DNA of 63,921 bases, the filler included, from Licmophora abbreviata (taxonomy: Eukaryota): the NCBI GenBank assembly GCA_900291995.1. It is 11 parts of 11 records of this genome, joined end to end, with 100 filler letters (N's around TTAATTAATTAA, not from the genome) between each part and the next. Parts side by side here need not be neighbours in the genome. Positions count along the whole stretch, not along the records: positions 1 to 21,086 come from OLMU01003256.1; 10 more parts are not named here. One strand, 5' to 3'. Below, piece by piece: positions 1 through 12,100 of the stretch (positions are counted from its first letter, which is position 1; each line of letters begins with the position of its first letter). The position numbers and the translations under genes are program-made. The notes beneath the pieces are model-generated. The model had not been told where the DNA came from, did no database searches, and was given only the letters and a program-made list of their open reading frames with translations.

Positions 1-8
1 TCGCCATC

Positions 9-1430
9 ATGACCATTTACTTTGTTGAGGGTGCCCTTGGACTCGCAAGACTCGCTCAGACCTTTCTACTCAAGGACGAACTGCACTTGGGACCGGCCGA
101 AATGAGTGCCCTGACTGGCGTGTTTGCTCTGCCCTGGACTATCAAGCCCCTGTACGGATTTCTCAGTGACGGACTGCCCCTATTCGGCTATCGACGGCGA
201 TCCTACCTAGTTCTATGTGGGATACTCGGATCTTTGAGTTTTGCAGCACTGGGCAGTAACTTTGGTGGACTCGCCGAAAATGCCGCAACCAACTTGCAAC
301 TCACTGTGGCAAGCTTGCTGCTGAGCAGCGCCTGCGTGGCCTTTTCGGATGTTGTGGCAGATGGCATCGTGGTCCAGCGAACTCGAGATGCGTCGGATCC
401 TCGCGTCGCGGGAGGATTGCAGTCCCTGTGCTGGGGAAGCGCCGCGATTGGTGGATTGCTGTCTGCATACTTCAGTGGTTCACTCTTGGAGGTCATGTCT
501 CCGCGGGATGTCTTTGGACTCACTGCATTTTTGCCCTTTCTCGTGTCGGCAATCTCTCTGTGGATTGATGAGAAACCGATCACTCAACAAGAGCCGCAAC
601 GACAACATCGTGGAGTACTTGTACAAGGTGACAAGCCATTCCTCACGGCCAACAACGGCACGGACTGGAACAACGAAAGAGACAATGCTCCAGATATACG
701 CGGCGAGAACACTGAACTCGTGGGCGGAGTCGGGGAGCAGGTGGGAGCACTGTGGTCTGCCATTCGCCAGCCTTCGATTTGGCGTCCCGCGCTGTTCTTG
801 TTCCTCTGGCAGTCGACGCCCACCAGCGACGGTGCCTTTTTGTACTTTATGACGAATGACTTGGGCATGGGACCCGAGTTTCTTGGACGCGTTCGCCTGG
901 TCACGGCCGCGGCCGGCCTGGTGGGAGTGTGGGTTTACAATAGCTACCTCAAGAGCGTCGCTATCAAGGATATCTTGTTCTGGGCGTCCATCATTTCGAC
1001 GCCGTTGGGGTTGTCGACGTTACTACTGATTACGCATACCAATCGCGCGTTGGGGATTCCGGACGGGGCCTTTGTCTTTGGAGACGACGTTGCCCTGGCG
1101 ATTCTTGGTCAAGTGGCGTTTCTCCCGACGCTTGTCCTGGCGGCTCGGTTGTGTCCTCCTGGGGTCGAAGCCGTGTTGTTCGCCACTCTCATGAGTATAT
1201 TCAATGGAGCATCAACCGTTGGGACCGAACTGGGAGCCGCACTCACAAAGTTGATGGGTGTTACCGAAGACAACTTTGATAATTTGGGGCTGCTGACTAT
1301 TATCTGCAACATATCATCCTTGTACCCGCTCCTGTTCATTGGGTGGCTGGATGGTGTTGGCTCCCAGTCGGAAGAGGAAATGGAGACTCTGAAGGGTGAA
1401 GCTTCAAGCAGTGACTCGTCTATAAGATAG
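9..1430 (+). CDS. Folate-biopterin transporter (BT1 family, MFS); probably 5'-truncated by the window edge
   Basis: BT1 motifs LPWTIKPLYGFLSDGLPLFGYRRRSYL, DVVADGIVV, LQSLCWG, ARLCPPGVEAVLFATLMS; multiple TM helices. Confidence 0.93.
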   Translation: MTIYFVEGALGLARLAQTFLLKDELHLGPAEMSALTGVFALPWTIKPLYGFLSDGLPLFGYRRRSYLVLCGILGSLSFAALGSNFGGLAENAATNLQLTVASLLLSSACVAFSDVVADGIVVQRTRDASDPRVAGGLQSLCWGSAAIGGLLSAYFSGSLLEVMSPRDVFGLTAFLPFLVSAISLWIDEKPITQQEPQRQHRGVLVQGDKPFLTANNGTDWNNERDNAPDIRGENTELVGGVGEQVGALWSAIRQPSIWRPALFLFLWQSTPTSDGAFLYFMTNDLGMGPEFLGRVRLVTAAAGLVGVWVYNSYLKSVAIKDILFWASIISTPLGLSTLLLITHTNRALGIPDGAFVFGDDVALAILGQVAFLPTLVLAARLCPPGVEAVLFATLMSIFNGASTVGTELGAALTKLMGVTEDNFDNLGLLTIICNISSLYPLLFIGWLDGVGSQSEEEMETLKGEASSSDSSIR

Positions 1431-1861
1431 AGATAGAGAAGGGGGGAAAGGGACTCTTGCTAGAGGTTCCTAGTAAGCAGTCCAGTGTGCCAATAGTACC
1501 GTAGGTTCCGTGAGCCATCGGAACTGTAGGCTCCTAGAGGTGCGCAGTTTCAAGTTGAAAGTTAGAGAAAGTGCACTGTCGAAACCGGAGATGACGTATT
1601 CTGCGAACCCTATTAGCATTGGCGTCGCGACGAGAAGAAAAGCCGCCGTCCTCTCGCGGATTCTGTGTGCGCCACGGCGATCGCGGGACTGGATGGCATT
1701 CCCTCCTCATTCATTGCGATCATCACTCATTGGCGGCGTCAGGCTGTTTTACACCGTCACAGAGGTCACAGTCGTATCATACCAGCCTGCGTCTGCTATT
1801 GTGACACACCGCGCTGGTGCTCTGTTTTGTCTTTGACGGCAGCCCATCGACAAACGCCACC

Positions 1862-3100
1862 ATGTCCCCTACTGAGCAGCATCATGAGGAGTGCCCGATA
1901 TGCTTGGATGCCATGTCCGAGGGCGACAAGCTCTACAAAATCCTCTGTCCGACTCAATGTGGCTACAATTTCTGCATGAACTGCATTGAGCGCCTTATCG
2001 CAAGTAGTAAAGACGACTATCAAGAGGCCTCGGATGGAAATCGGCACGTAAAAGTTCATTTGCAGTGTCCCCAGTGCCGCGGAGATATCAGCCACACGCT
2101 TCAAGACACGCTCTTGCTCCGCAAGGCCCTGCAGGCTTCGAAATACACGGAAATCCCCGATTCAGAACTCACTGCGACGGAACTTGTGGTTAAACACGAG
2201 TTTGTGGAATTTCACGCTTTGGATGTCGAGCATGCTGAAGCAAGACTTCGAAAGTTTCAGCGCGACCATGGAGAGACGAATGTGACGGAATCCTTGCAGC
2301 TCGTCAAGACCTGCAGCAGTTCTGGGTCCGCCTCCGCGGACGGCTCCATCGATTCATCTCGATCTCGTCATGCGAAACCTTTTGTTGACACGACCTTGTT
2401 TGGGGGACTCGAGTATGCCATGACAGAATCGGAACAGGCCTTTGTCACACAGCTCATGACGTCGGGGGATGCGGAGCAACTAGCGCAGGCGGCTCATATT
2501 CTCCATGGAATCATGCAAATCTCTCTATCGGGTCTGACGCCCAGTATGAAGGCGGCGTTGCGGAAAGAACCGGTGAGCAAGTACGATCGCATCATGGAAC
2601 GCAAGCACCTTGAGGCCTTGGAGCTATTTCGCAAGCGCCATCCTCTACCGGCGCGTATGCCAAAGTTTGTGCTTTTGAAGCCCTTTTTGGCTTCCAAAAA
2701 GACCGTTGTCTTTCACGACGACGAATGGGATGGCAGTATTGCAGATGCCTTTGCGCGTGTGCAGATCAAAAACAAAAAGTCGAACCCTGGCATTGACAAG
2801 ATACTGAACCTGGCGGAGAATCCGCAGCTGCAGTCAGAAACCCAGGCTCGAATCAAGATTGGGTCAGTGCGAGGAGAAGCAGGACGCAGTGGACTGCAGA
2901 AAGGTGATGTTGTGACGCATTTCAATGGAGACCCCTTCACAGGCACCGCAGAGGAACTCATGCAGCTTATTCAAGGCATGCATGATGATGATGAAGCAGA
3001 CGACCTGTTTCAGCTCGTCGTGAACGCAGACAGGTCGGCGGCTGAGGCGTTGAGACTGAGAGGCATGGCCTGCAAGGACGCGATCCAAAGTCGTGCGTAA
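1862..3100 (+). CDS. RING-finger protein with C-terminal PDZ-like domain
   Basis: CPIC...CPTQCGYNFCMNC...CPQC RING; C-terminal VRGEAGRSGLQKGDVVTHFNG resembles PDZ; first in-frame ATG at 1862. Confidence 0.75.
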   Translation: MSPTEQHHEECPICLDAMSEGDKLYKILCPTQCGYNFCMNCIERLIASSKDDYQEASDGNRHVKVHLQCPQCRGDISHTLQDTLLLRKALQASKYTEIPDSELTATELVVKHEFVEFHALDVEHAEARLRKFQRDHGETNVTESLQLVKTCSSSGSASADGSIDSSRSRHAKPFVDTTLFGGLEYAMTESEQAFVTQLMTSGDAEQLAQAAHILHGIMQISLSGLTPSMKAALRKEPVSKYDRIMERKHLEALELFRKRHPLPARMPKFVLLKPFLASKKTVVFHDDEWDGSIADAFARVQIKNKKSNPGIDKILNLAENPQLQSETQARIKIGSVRGEAGRSGLQKGDVVTHFNGDPFTGTAEELMQLIQGMHDDDEADDLFQLVVNADRSAAEALRLRGMACKDAIQSRA

Positions 3101-3166
3101 TCACTGACAACACTGAAAAATGCTTTTTTTTGTAAAATAAGACTGGGTAAAACTTTTCTCGCCTAG

Positions 3167-4407
3167 TTATTGACCTTCAATGATGGCCACACAGTCGGCA
3201 ACCGACTTTTGCTCTTTGAATGCTTGCACGAGCGCTTCGTACTTTCCACTGTTCTGCTTCAACAGATTGTACGCTGTCAATGCTCCCCATCGTGTCAAAT
3301 CTTGCTGTTTCTGTGCTCCGATAAACTCTTGGCTTTGACGAAAGAGAGATTCTAGTTCCAGCAAATCATTCGCTCCGCCCTTGGCGTCGCCCAACGCTAA
3401 TGCTTCCGCCACACTTCCAGACATTGCCACCACCGATAGAGCCGAAATTTCGTCCGTTGTCAGCTCCCGCGACACACCACCGTCCGAGGCAGAATGGAAC
3501 TCTACACGCGGGATGCCACTACCATCCAGCAATGAGTAGGATCGAATGGGAAGTCCGCACATGTAGCCACACAAAAGGTGACCAGCTTCGTGACGACACA
3601 CGCGATCGAGCTTTTCCTCGTTGGAGTCGGCAGTCCCCGCGCGCCGATGCAATGGCACCCGCGATCAGACCCGGTGCTGACGAGCCAACTCCCAAGAACA
3701 AGATGGGGATCACGGCAAACAGATAGCACAGTGTGGCGCCAATGTTGTCAGGGAGAAACGCCAGACTGGCAATGCCCAAAATAGTACTGCCCAAGGTGAC
3801 ACCCAGGGTAGCGTACTTGAAATCGTCAAGATTCACATCTTCTTCTCCCGAGACTCCCAATGATTCCCCTGTTATCTTGCCAGCGCTGCGCTGTTCCAGC
3901 ATGTTTAGGGATACGGGAAAGGTGCGAAGGTCAGCCGTCTTCCAAAGTCCCAAGTCACCCGACTGCATCAGATTGTCGAGCTGCTGGGTCTGCGACATGG
4001 CATCGCCACCCTCAAAGTCAATAGAAGCCGTGAGTTGGGAGAGCTCCTCCGGTGTTTTCGTCTTGACAACAATCTTTTGCGTGCTCTGCTCATCCTCGAC
4101 AGTCTTGCCGAGTTCCTAAGAATCAGTACACGGAAGCGCATGACGTGTTGAGGTGAGACACGCCTCATGGAGTAGACTCTAAAGCGACCTCAAAGAAGAG
4201 ACCTACCTTTTCCAGCTTCGCAGCCTCTTCTCTCGCTTTGGCCGCTGCAGCACGCAATGCCTCTACGTCCTCCTGGGGTGTGCTCATGTATCGCGTCGCG
4301 GTGGTCCTTGCGACGACGGGCCGAGACGCGAAGGACGCCCGAGGAGTCGAAAATCCATGGACAGAAGTCGCGAGCAGCAAAGTCAACGCCAAGATGGACA
4401 CATTCAT
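3167..4407 (-). CDS. Plastid-targeted membrane protein with peptidase M41-like HExxH domain (VIR3-like); 2 exons (4407-4207, 4115-3167) with an apparent +1 frameshift at 3635-3638
   Basis: Signal peptide MNVSILALTLLLATSVHG followed by FSTPR; GT-AG intron 4206-4116; two TM helices; RVCRHEAGHLLCGY motif; removing one G joins ORFs 3519-3998 and 3167-3658. Confidence 0.8.
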
Positions 4408-4651
4408 GGTGAGATGGTAAGAAGTGACTGTCGCGCTTCGTGTTGTGTGCACTGCAAGGGAGAGAGGTGAGAACAGGCGCACCATCGTCATCATGGAGCT
4501 GACTGTGTTCTGCTTTGCTGGGCGCGAACACGTATGCGTTTCGTTCCTTAAGTATTGCTGACGTATTGGAGGAGTCGCCCGGCGCTCGATATGAGATCAG
4601 TCCCGCGGGAATACAATCGCCACCGGTTCACGTTTCCAAACTTCCAAGCCG

Positions 4652-5644
4652 ATGGCTCACAATGGCCACGAGGTGCTGTTGTTGCTGTTCACAGTTCATG
4701 CCCGCAGGCTTTCCGTTACCACAATGCCCCTTACCTATCGCTCTCCGGCTCTACTGTCTCGCATTTTTGCGTCTCTCGGCTGTTATGCCTCCCCCCATCG
4801 GGCGCTATCGTCTGCACGACCCACCGAACAGATGCGTTTGTCAAGACGCATGAGCCAGTTGGACTTGTGCTCGCGACGTGAAGCCGATGAGCTACTGCGA
4901 CAGCACAGAGTACTGGTACGAGGCATTCCGGCGCTTCTGGGGCAGAAAGTGTGGGGCAATGAGACAGATATTGAAATTGTAGGTGAGGGCAGTCGTGGTG
5001 AAGACCGGCAGATACAGGCTGTGGTGCTCCACAAGCCTCGACACTACGTATCGGGGCAGCCTGAGGACGGCAATGTTCCTGCGGTAAAGTTGCTAACTAG
5101 AGAAAACGGCATGGGAGATGCCATTGCAGAGCTCTTTGATGGCAGGTCCACGCGAGATACGCTTCGTGGATATGTACCAGCAGGACGACTCGACAAGGAC
5201 AGCACTGGTCTCTTGGTATTCTGTCGCTCCGGCGGTGTCCTGGCGAAAAAGCTCTTGACAGGGCGACTCGAAAAGGAATATCGGATTACGCTGGAAGCAG
5301 CTCATCAGCCGACGGCGCAAGAACGAGAACGGGGACTGCTTAAGCTGCCATCTCCAACTGAGAACTTGTCGATTATTCAAAAGGGCGGTGCTCTGCTGGT
5401 AGGGGACGCTCGACCGCTACTTCCTGCCAAGGCGCGATGGCTCGTTCCAGGCGAAAAACTGCGATTGATCCTTACTGAAGGGCGGAAACATCAAGTGCGA
5501 CGCATGTGTCGGGAGCTCCTGGGCAAGCATGTTGTTAGCCTCGAGCGAACGAGGTTGGGGCCGGTCCACGCAAAGAATCTTCCATCAGGTTTTTGGCGCC
5601 CCCTGACTGCCAAGGAAATAGATCTCATTTTGAAAATGAAATGA
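4652..5644 (+). CDS. RNA pseudouridine synthase, RsuA/RluB/E/F family with S4 domain (likely organellar)
   Basis: S4 motif RLSRRMSQLDLCSRREAD; LHKPRHYV; catalytic GRLDKDSTGLL; LTEGRKHQVRRM; alternative ATG at 4724. Confidence 0.93.
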   Translation: MAHNGHEVLLLLFTVHARRLSVTTMPLTYRSPALLSRIFASLGCYASPHRALSSARPTEQMRLSRRMSQLDLCSRREADELLRQHRVLVRGIPALLGQKVWGNETDIEIVGEGSRGEDRQIQAVVLHKPRHYVSGQPEDGNVPAVKLLTRENGMGDAIAELFDGRSTRDTLRGYVPAGRLDKDSTGLLVFCRSGGVLAKKLLTGRLEKEYRITLEAAHQPTAQERERGLLKLPSPTENLSIIQKGGALLVGDARPLLPAKARWLVPGEKLRLILTEGRKHQVRRMCRELLGKHVVSLERTRLGPVHAKNLPSGFWRPLTAKEIDLILKMK

Positions 5645-5680
5645 TGCTTGCCTACTATAAAGCTTAAAAGTAACAACTTG

Positions 5681-5767
5681 TACCGGTAAAAGGAGGCCAA
5701 AGCCAGCGATACAGGTACTAGTAGCCATGACATGCGACGTACCGGTAGTCAACCTCATACCGCGGTA
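5681..5767. promoter_or_regulatory. Cluster of TACC-N(0-2)-GGTA palindromes (candidate cis-element)
   Basis: TACCGGTA at 5681 and 5740, TACCGCGGTA at 5758, all in a 250-bp intergenic region. Confidence 0.45.
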
Positions 5768-5896
5768 AGACCTAGGCTGCGGCGGGGTATCTTCAACCAT
5801 ATTCCGTATTCTTCGTACCGTTTTTAAATAGCGAAAACATCCGTATTACAAATCCTCACAAGAAACAAGCGACGGCGGCGACAACATCACTAGACC

Positions 5897-6802
5897 ATGA
5901 TGACGATGATGTGGATGCTATCAGCGCTCGCCGCTGGGAGCCCCTGGAGCCCAGCCGAATGGCGATTGATCCTGAATATTGGTAGAGAGACCGGAACCTA
6001 TATGCCGCAAGACTGGGGCGCGTCAGGAGCGAGGCTAGTGCTCCCGTTGGAGGTGCTCGTTGAGAGCGAGGCGTGCAGCGCGGCCGAGATGGAGGCGGAG
6101 CGTGAATTCATGGGTGGAAGCGGCAAGTGCGATCGACTGAGTGTGCTGGAGGATCCCGTGTTTGTTGGAGAAAAAGGTCAAATGACTGTTCCATTCACGG
6201 ACGACGGTGCGTGGAAAATTTCGATTCGACGAACCGGCAAACCGGGCGACGCTGGCAATCTACGCTTTTGTCTGGACATAGCGGGGGCGAAGGGTGAAAC
6301 GGCAGCTCAGCGGAACGATGTAACGTTATTATCCGAAAGACTCTACTGTATGGCTAACTGTTGGAGACAAAGTGAACTTGAAAAGGGTCTGGGAAGAATG
6401 CGACCCATCTTGGCTGCGCTTGATGATGCTCAAGCCGTAATTGACGAACGACTCTCGCACGAAACAGGGGATCGACGACTGGATGGTACCAATCCTGTGG
6501 ATACAGCCATGGCATCTATCGATATGGCAGTGCTCATCAAGAATCGTGACGATCGACTCCTCAGGCTCCGAGAAGCTGAACGCAAGCTGCCAGCGCCCTC
6601 TACGGAACTATCATCTCCTGGTATGTGGCCAGGAACAACGGAGAAGCTTATAATCGCTAAAGGAAAGATTGGAGTAAAACGAAAAGAAGAAGGTTTGTTT
6701 GGTAGAGAAGAGTTTCACATTTTAGGAACGTGGACAGCGGTGCCTTTGGAAGGACTTTCAGAGTACTACGACGATGAAGAGGAAATGGAGACTCTCGAAT
6801 GA
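5897..6802 (+). CDS. Hypothetical protein (WRLILNIGRETGTYMPQDWGASGARL motif)
   Basis: 301-aa ATG-initiated ORF with protein-like composition. Confidence 0.7.
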   Translation: MMTMMWMLSALAAGSPWSPAEWRLILNIGRETGTYMPQDWGASGARLVLPLEVLVESEACSAAEMEAEREFMGGSGKCDRLSVLEDPVFVGEKGQMTVPFTDDGAWKISIRRTGKPGDAGNLRFCLDIAGAKGETAAQRNDVTLLSERLYCMANCWRQSELEKGLGRMRPILAALDDAQAVIDERLSHETGDRRLDGTNPVDTAMASIDMAVLIKNRDDRLLRLREAERKLPAPSTELSSPGMWPGTTEKLIIAKGKIGVKRKEEGLFGREEFHILGTWTAVPLEGLSEYYDDEEEMETLE

Positions 6803-7554
6803 TCGCTTTGCTCGTTGGGAGAGGAACATCCATTGTGCTAGGCATGATGGCTCATTCCGCTACGAAGAAATATCACTTCAAGTGGAGATGACATGCTGGT
6901 TATGTCAGCATCGATGACTCGCTCGTTGATGAGGCGAGTCAAGTCTTCTGCTCCTCTTGTCTACTGACATTCGTTTCCGCAAACGAACACCATTGACTGG
7001 CGAACGAACCATCAAAGACATTTATTCGCTCGTATGTGAGAAAGAAGGTTACGCTTTGTTGAAAAGTTTAGAGTGACGAAGATAATGTCGTCTGTATGTT
7101 CTATCAAGGAGCTCTCGTGGTCCCAAAAACTGTATCATACCCTGGTAGACTGGCGGCCAACAGGGGAGGTGATCATGTTCGGGGAACGTTCGCTGCACAC
7201 AGTAAACTGAATCACATGGTGGTGTCAAAAAGAGAGATGTGGATCGAAAGCGGTACAGTAAGCTTTGTGAGCATGCCGTGTGACTGGAAAAGGCGCGAAT
7301 GTACCTCAATTCAATCGGTTGAAGGACTCTCTTGGTGCAATACAACATTGGGGAAGTCTTGAATAATCGAAAAGGTACGTCTCGACCAAGAAAAAGCAGT
7401 TAGAATATGGAAATTTACTTCCGTGTTCAAATTTCGTTTCCCGCCACTTTTTGCTGAAGTGTCAGTCAACGGCGCGCCAAGAGGGTCGTGCAGTGGGCCC
7501 CAACGGTCCAAGGAGCGCTATGCATTTGCCCTCGGTGTCACAAAAACGAGATTG

Positions 7555-9087
7555 ATGCGAAATCAAACATCGTTCGCCATGGCATCGCCTTCGTCGTTGA
7601 CGACGCTTGACTCGATGCCGTCGGTCGCAGATGTCACTCAGGCCACGTCGTCCGATACAGGTAGCAAGGAAAGTGTGGCGAGACAGTTGTTTCGGACGCC
7701 ACCTAGCTCAGCGTCACCCTGGGAGGATATGGTTGGTGTTTGTTTCTCTCCTTCTATGGATGCCTTCGATAACAGCCCCGAAGTCAGATCTACGTTCGGC
7801 TCCGAGGCAAACACGGTCAACTCTCTGGATCTTGCAGTCGACCTTCCCAGTCTCCTGAGGAATCAAGAGAACCGGTCTACCATCTGGGAAACTCTGAGGG
7901 AGCAGAACAGCAGTGACTCCAAAGTGCCCGGCCTGCAGTACAGCAAGTCCCTTCTTCCAAACGATTCTCCTAAGCCGTCGAAGCGAGCGAAGCTAGGGTC
8001 TGCCCACCGGCAGCCACTTGCGCATGTGTTTTCCATGTTTGACAGCTCTAATAATTTATTCTGGCCTCCTCGTCCGCTGGGATGTTCTGATTTTCAGGAA
8101 ACTACTCCTGGCGACTTGAAGTTCCAACAAGAAGGCTTTGGAGTACAGGTCGACTTTCCGTCGCAGTCGGCTGTTGCCTGGAGACCAAAAGCCGAGTCGC
8201 TCGAGAGGGAGTGCACCGCCCTTAAGGAAATCATTCGAGTGGACAACTTCAATATCTTGAATCTCAAGAAAGCTCTCGAAAACTTAGATCGAATCTGCAA
8301 GCAAAAGACCATTGAGCTTGACGTTGTGACGGAAGAACTTCAGGCCTCCAAGCAGTGGATCGAGAGTCTTGAAGCGTGTGAGACCGACCTGAACGAGACG
8401 ATCTCCAATCTCAAGAAGGAAGTCGACCGTCTCAACGAACTTGATGCTCATGATGGTGGAACGTTCGTCTCTCATAAAGCTGATAGCGTCGCACAGCTCC
8501 GTTTCGAGAACGAACTGTTCGCTTCTCAAATCGTTGAGAGCGAAGCAGAACTGAGGAAGATACGAGTCTTACTTGAGCAGAAGCAAAGCGACAATATCGA
8601 GCTGAAGGGTCAGTTGGAGGGTCTGGAGCCCCAGCTATGCGTGACGTCGATCGAAAGCCAGGAGTTCAGCAGGTCCATCGTCCCAACCAACTCCCTACAT
8701 CTTTCTACTTCTTTGGAGAACGATCTTCTTGGCGAAGTCGAATATCTTTCCGCCAAATTGAAGGTTATGGAAGGAGAAAAGAACATAATGAAGGTTCAGT
8801 ATGAAGAAGAGCTGCATCGAAAGGACCAAGAAATCGAAGAGATTGTGTGGATGGTGCGGCGAGCGAAGGAAAGACAAGATGAGCAAGCGAAAGAGAGCCT
8901 GGCGCACAGAAATCATGAGACGGCCATGATTACGCATGTGTCGACGATGGATCAAGAGCTCGAATGTCTTCAACAGACTCTGCGTGAAAAGAACGACGAG
9001 ATTGACAAACTGAAGAGCCGGGTGCCAGGAAAGGAGCACCAGGCTTCGTCTGGGTTATGCGGCTTCTCGAATTGCCTCTTCTCTTGA
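7555..9087 (+). CDS. Hypothetical coiled-coil protein
   Basis: Long ORF; S/P-rich N-terminus and E/K/L-rich heptad C-terminal half; start ATG 7555 or 7579. Confidence 0.75.
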   Translation: MRNQTSFAMASPSSLTTLDSMPSVADVTQATSSDTGSKESVARQLFRTPPSSASPWEDMVGVCFSPSMDAFDNSPEVRSTFGSEANTVNSLDLAVDLPSLLRNQENRSTIWETLREQNSSDSKVPGLQYSKSLLPNDSPKPSKRAKLGSAHRQPLAHVFSMFDSSNNLFWPPRPLGCSDFQETTPGDLKFQQEGFGVQVDFPSQSAVAWRPKAESLERECTALKEIIRVDNFNILNLKKALENLDRICKQKTIELDVVTEELQASKQWIESLEACETDLNETISNLKKEVDRLNELDAHDGGTFVSHKADSVAQLRFENELFASQIVESEAELRKIRVLLEQKQSDNIELKGQLEGLEPQLCVTSIESQEFSRSIVPTNSLHLSTSLENDLLGEVEYLSAKLKVMEGEKNIMKVQYEEELHRKDQEIEEIVWMVRRAKERQDEQAKESLAHRNHETAMITHVSTMDQELECLQQTLREKNDEIDKLKSRVPGKEHQASSGLCGFSNCLFS

Positions 9088-9185
9088 GTCCGACTAAGAG
9101 TATTCCACCGGCACACGGAAGTATATATATGCCACGCGGGGCTTCTCGAAGGCAAAGAGTATGTAGCAGTGAATCGACATTGTAG

Positions 9186-12100
9186 CTACGTCTTCTTCTT
9201 CTTTCCACTTTTCTTTCTGCTCGTCTTGCTCTTCTTCGCCGCTTTGCTGGCACCCGCGGCAGAAATTTTCACATCGGAACACATGACCTGAACAAAGTCA
9301 TTGTCGCCAATCTGCTTGATCAGTTCCTTGTGGCGGTCAGCCTCGACAGACTTGTTCCCATCAGAGGTCAAGAACAAATCAACACACTGTTTGGCGGCCT
9401 TGCCACGCTTCTGGTTCCCAGGAGTCAGTTTCACCCGATACATGTACTGTGATAAGGTTTGGTAAGGGGCGCATACAGGGACCGCGTACAATATAGAATC
9501 ATCAAGCAATGGTTTTCCCGTCAGCTTGTTCGTCTCAAACGTATCGTCTATGGCATCTCCATCCAGATCATCCTCGATAATTCCTTCTTCTGCAAGGGCG
9601 ACTTTCCATGCTTCTTCTTCCAGCCGCCTTTCGCTCTTCGTCTTTCGTTTGAAATCTCCCTTCCTATCGTCGATGCTTTCTTCTGTCTCAAGATTCTCGT
9701 GGCCGTACTTGTGGATTGTCCGAACAATTCCTGACAGACTTGCCGAGAAATTGTCCACTCGAGCTGTCAGCTTCAAGAACAGCAATCGTTTGGCGGCTGC
9801 TAGCTGCTGTTCCTCTGGAAGTCCCATCAGCTGTTCCAGTACATCAGCATCAAACTTCTCCCAACTGACGATAACCTCGCCCCCTTCAGGGGTATTGAGA
9901 GTAATGCAATCGGCCAGTGCGTCCCTCACTGGTTGCGGTAAGCCGTTAGCTACAAGCTGTGCATCCTTTGTGAGTAGCGCAGCAGTCTCCTCGGCTGCTT
10001 TCATCTCTGTCACAGAGCGTTCAAACTCCTTCAACTTGCCGTTTTTCTGTCTCGATTTATGTTCCCCGGCATGCAAAGCGAGGAGAGCCAACTCCCGTTC
10101 CTCTTCGTCCTGGTCGCCGTACTTCTTCGCAGCACGTTTCAGTTTCGATCGCTTACCACGCTTTGCGCCAGTCTGAGAAGGCTGTTTCCCCATCATGTCA
10201 CGTTCATCCAACTGTGACTTCTCCATTGATCGTTCAAGCTCTTGGCGCTCGGATATCGCCACCTCCGCAGCTTCGAGGGACCCGTACTTCTTGATCAGTT
10301 TTCTGTCCTTTTTAGAGAGTCCTTTCTTCTGTCTTGGTCCCACAAGTGATTCGGGACTGTCCGATTCAGTCTGCGAATGAGAGGCTGAATCTATGACAGG
10401 CTCGTTGGTCAACGCCCTCCTATGCGATTCCTCGCTGTCTTTAAATGGTTCGGAAGTGTCATCCGGCCCTTCCTCTTCTTCAACCGGACCGACGTCATCA
10501 GACTCATCTCGATGTGGCTCGTCAATACACTGACTTTCTTCTTCTTCTCTTTCTGTCGCGAAACGATTCACTTCTGTTGGAATGCGGCCCATCTCGTCGA
10601 CATCGCCCTCATCGGTCACAAGCAATGAGAAGTCTCGCCGATCGTTCAAATGACGCGCAATGCTTTCGTCGTCTCCTAGTCGAAAGAGTATCGCCAGTCC
10701 CATTTCCAGCTGACTTGGTGGCAAGAAGTTCTTTTTGCCCCTCACCATGAACGAGCCCACCGTTAGATACTCGCCAGATGGAGCGGTCTTGGAGACCTGG
10801 TGCGATTCAACCCACCATGCCGACGTCACCATGCGAGACGCCCAGGCTGAAGACCGGCAAATGGTAAAATTTCCAGCTTCCCGAAGGGCTTGTTCGGGGA
10901 GTGCCAACGGAGCCGTTTTGCCATCCATAGTCCGTCGTCGTTTGGCACGCAATATACACGAGGCCGCACCATGTACATCCGCATGCAAGTACGCATCACC
11001 GGGTCGCAAGTATCGCTTGACCAATGTTTCGTTCTGTTGCGCATCGCGACCTCCTAGAACAAGAAAGTTGTCGCCTGTGATCATCCAATTGAACTTTTCA
11101 AACCAATGAGGCTTCCGTTTCTGATGTATCGCTGCGGTGAGCTTACTCTTCTTCTGGGCTTCAGCCAACTGCCGCTGCGCCGTCGCCTCTGCCGCCTTGA
11201 GTGCCTTGGTGGATGCTTCAATCGTTTTCTGTGACTTGTCCTTGGACGCGCGGTATTTGGCAAACATGTTGCTCGCATTGCCATGAGCCGACTCGTGAAG
11301 CAAAACAGTGATGTCCACAGTTCTGTTGTCCATGTCGGAAAGTGTATCGATCAACGACAAGATCATGGCATCTTTCGATAGATCCAGCCGCTTGATTAAC
11401 ATTGCAATTGGATTTTGATTCGACTGTTCTGTTTCCACCAGCTGTTCCAGCGCCTCCCAGTCCATACCGCTGTCGAGCGCAGAGTTGATCACGCTCAGTG
11501 CCTTGTCGACATCATCCGCGTGCACTTCGACCAGCTGAGCATGACGCTTCAGTTTCTCTTGTTCCTGAACCAGCGACTCCACCCGCCGCTCTTGATCGTG
11601 CCGAATTTTCTCCAATTTGTCCTTGGCCGCTGCTTCGGCCGCGTCGGCGCGAATGGCACGTTTCTGTCCCCCAATGTGGGCAAAGAAGTCATCGACTGCG
11701 TCGGCAAAGTTATCGTAGGTTAGAGTAAGCCTTCCCTGGTGCTGTTGAAGTAAATGAGGCTGAAACTCTTGTAATATTTTGTTGGTATGCTTCAGTCCAA
11801 GACCAGTAGCGGGACGAGACTCGTCTTCGGTGGACATTTCATTGTTCTTTCGATACAGAATGTAGCCTTTGCCATCCTGTGTACTCAGTTCTTTCATCAC
11901 ATGGGATCCCTCCTGTTGCAGTGATGCAACGAGTCGTTCCCATTCTACATTAGTCATCTTTTCAGCTACCGTCTCGACGGTAAGTTTGGTATTGGGATCG
12001 AGTTCTGCACACAGAATGCAGTGTTCCACGAGAGACGGTCCAAAGTGGTAGACGCCCGACGAAGGCCGCAGCAGCAACGCCTTGAGCGGCATGGCAGACG

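Noticed and set aside
7049..7362. Short intergenic ORFs as genes
   Set aside because: Under 100 aa with no motifs; consistent with chance
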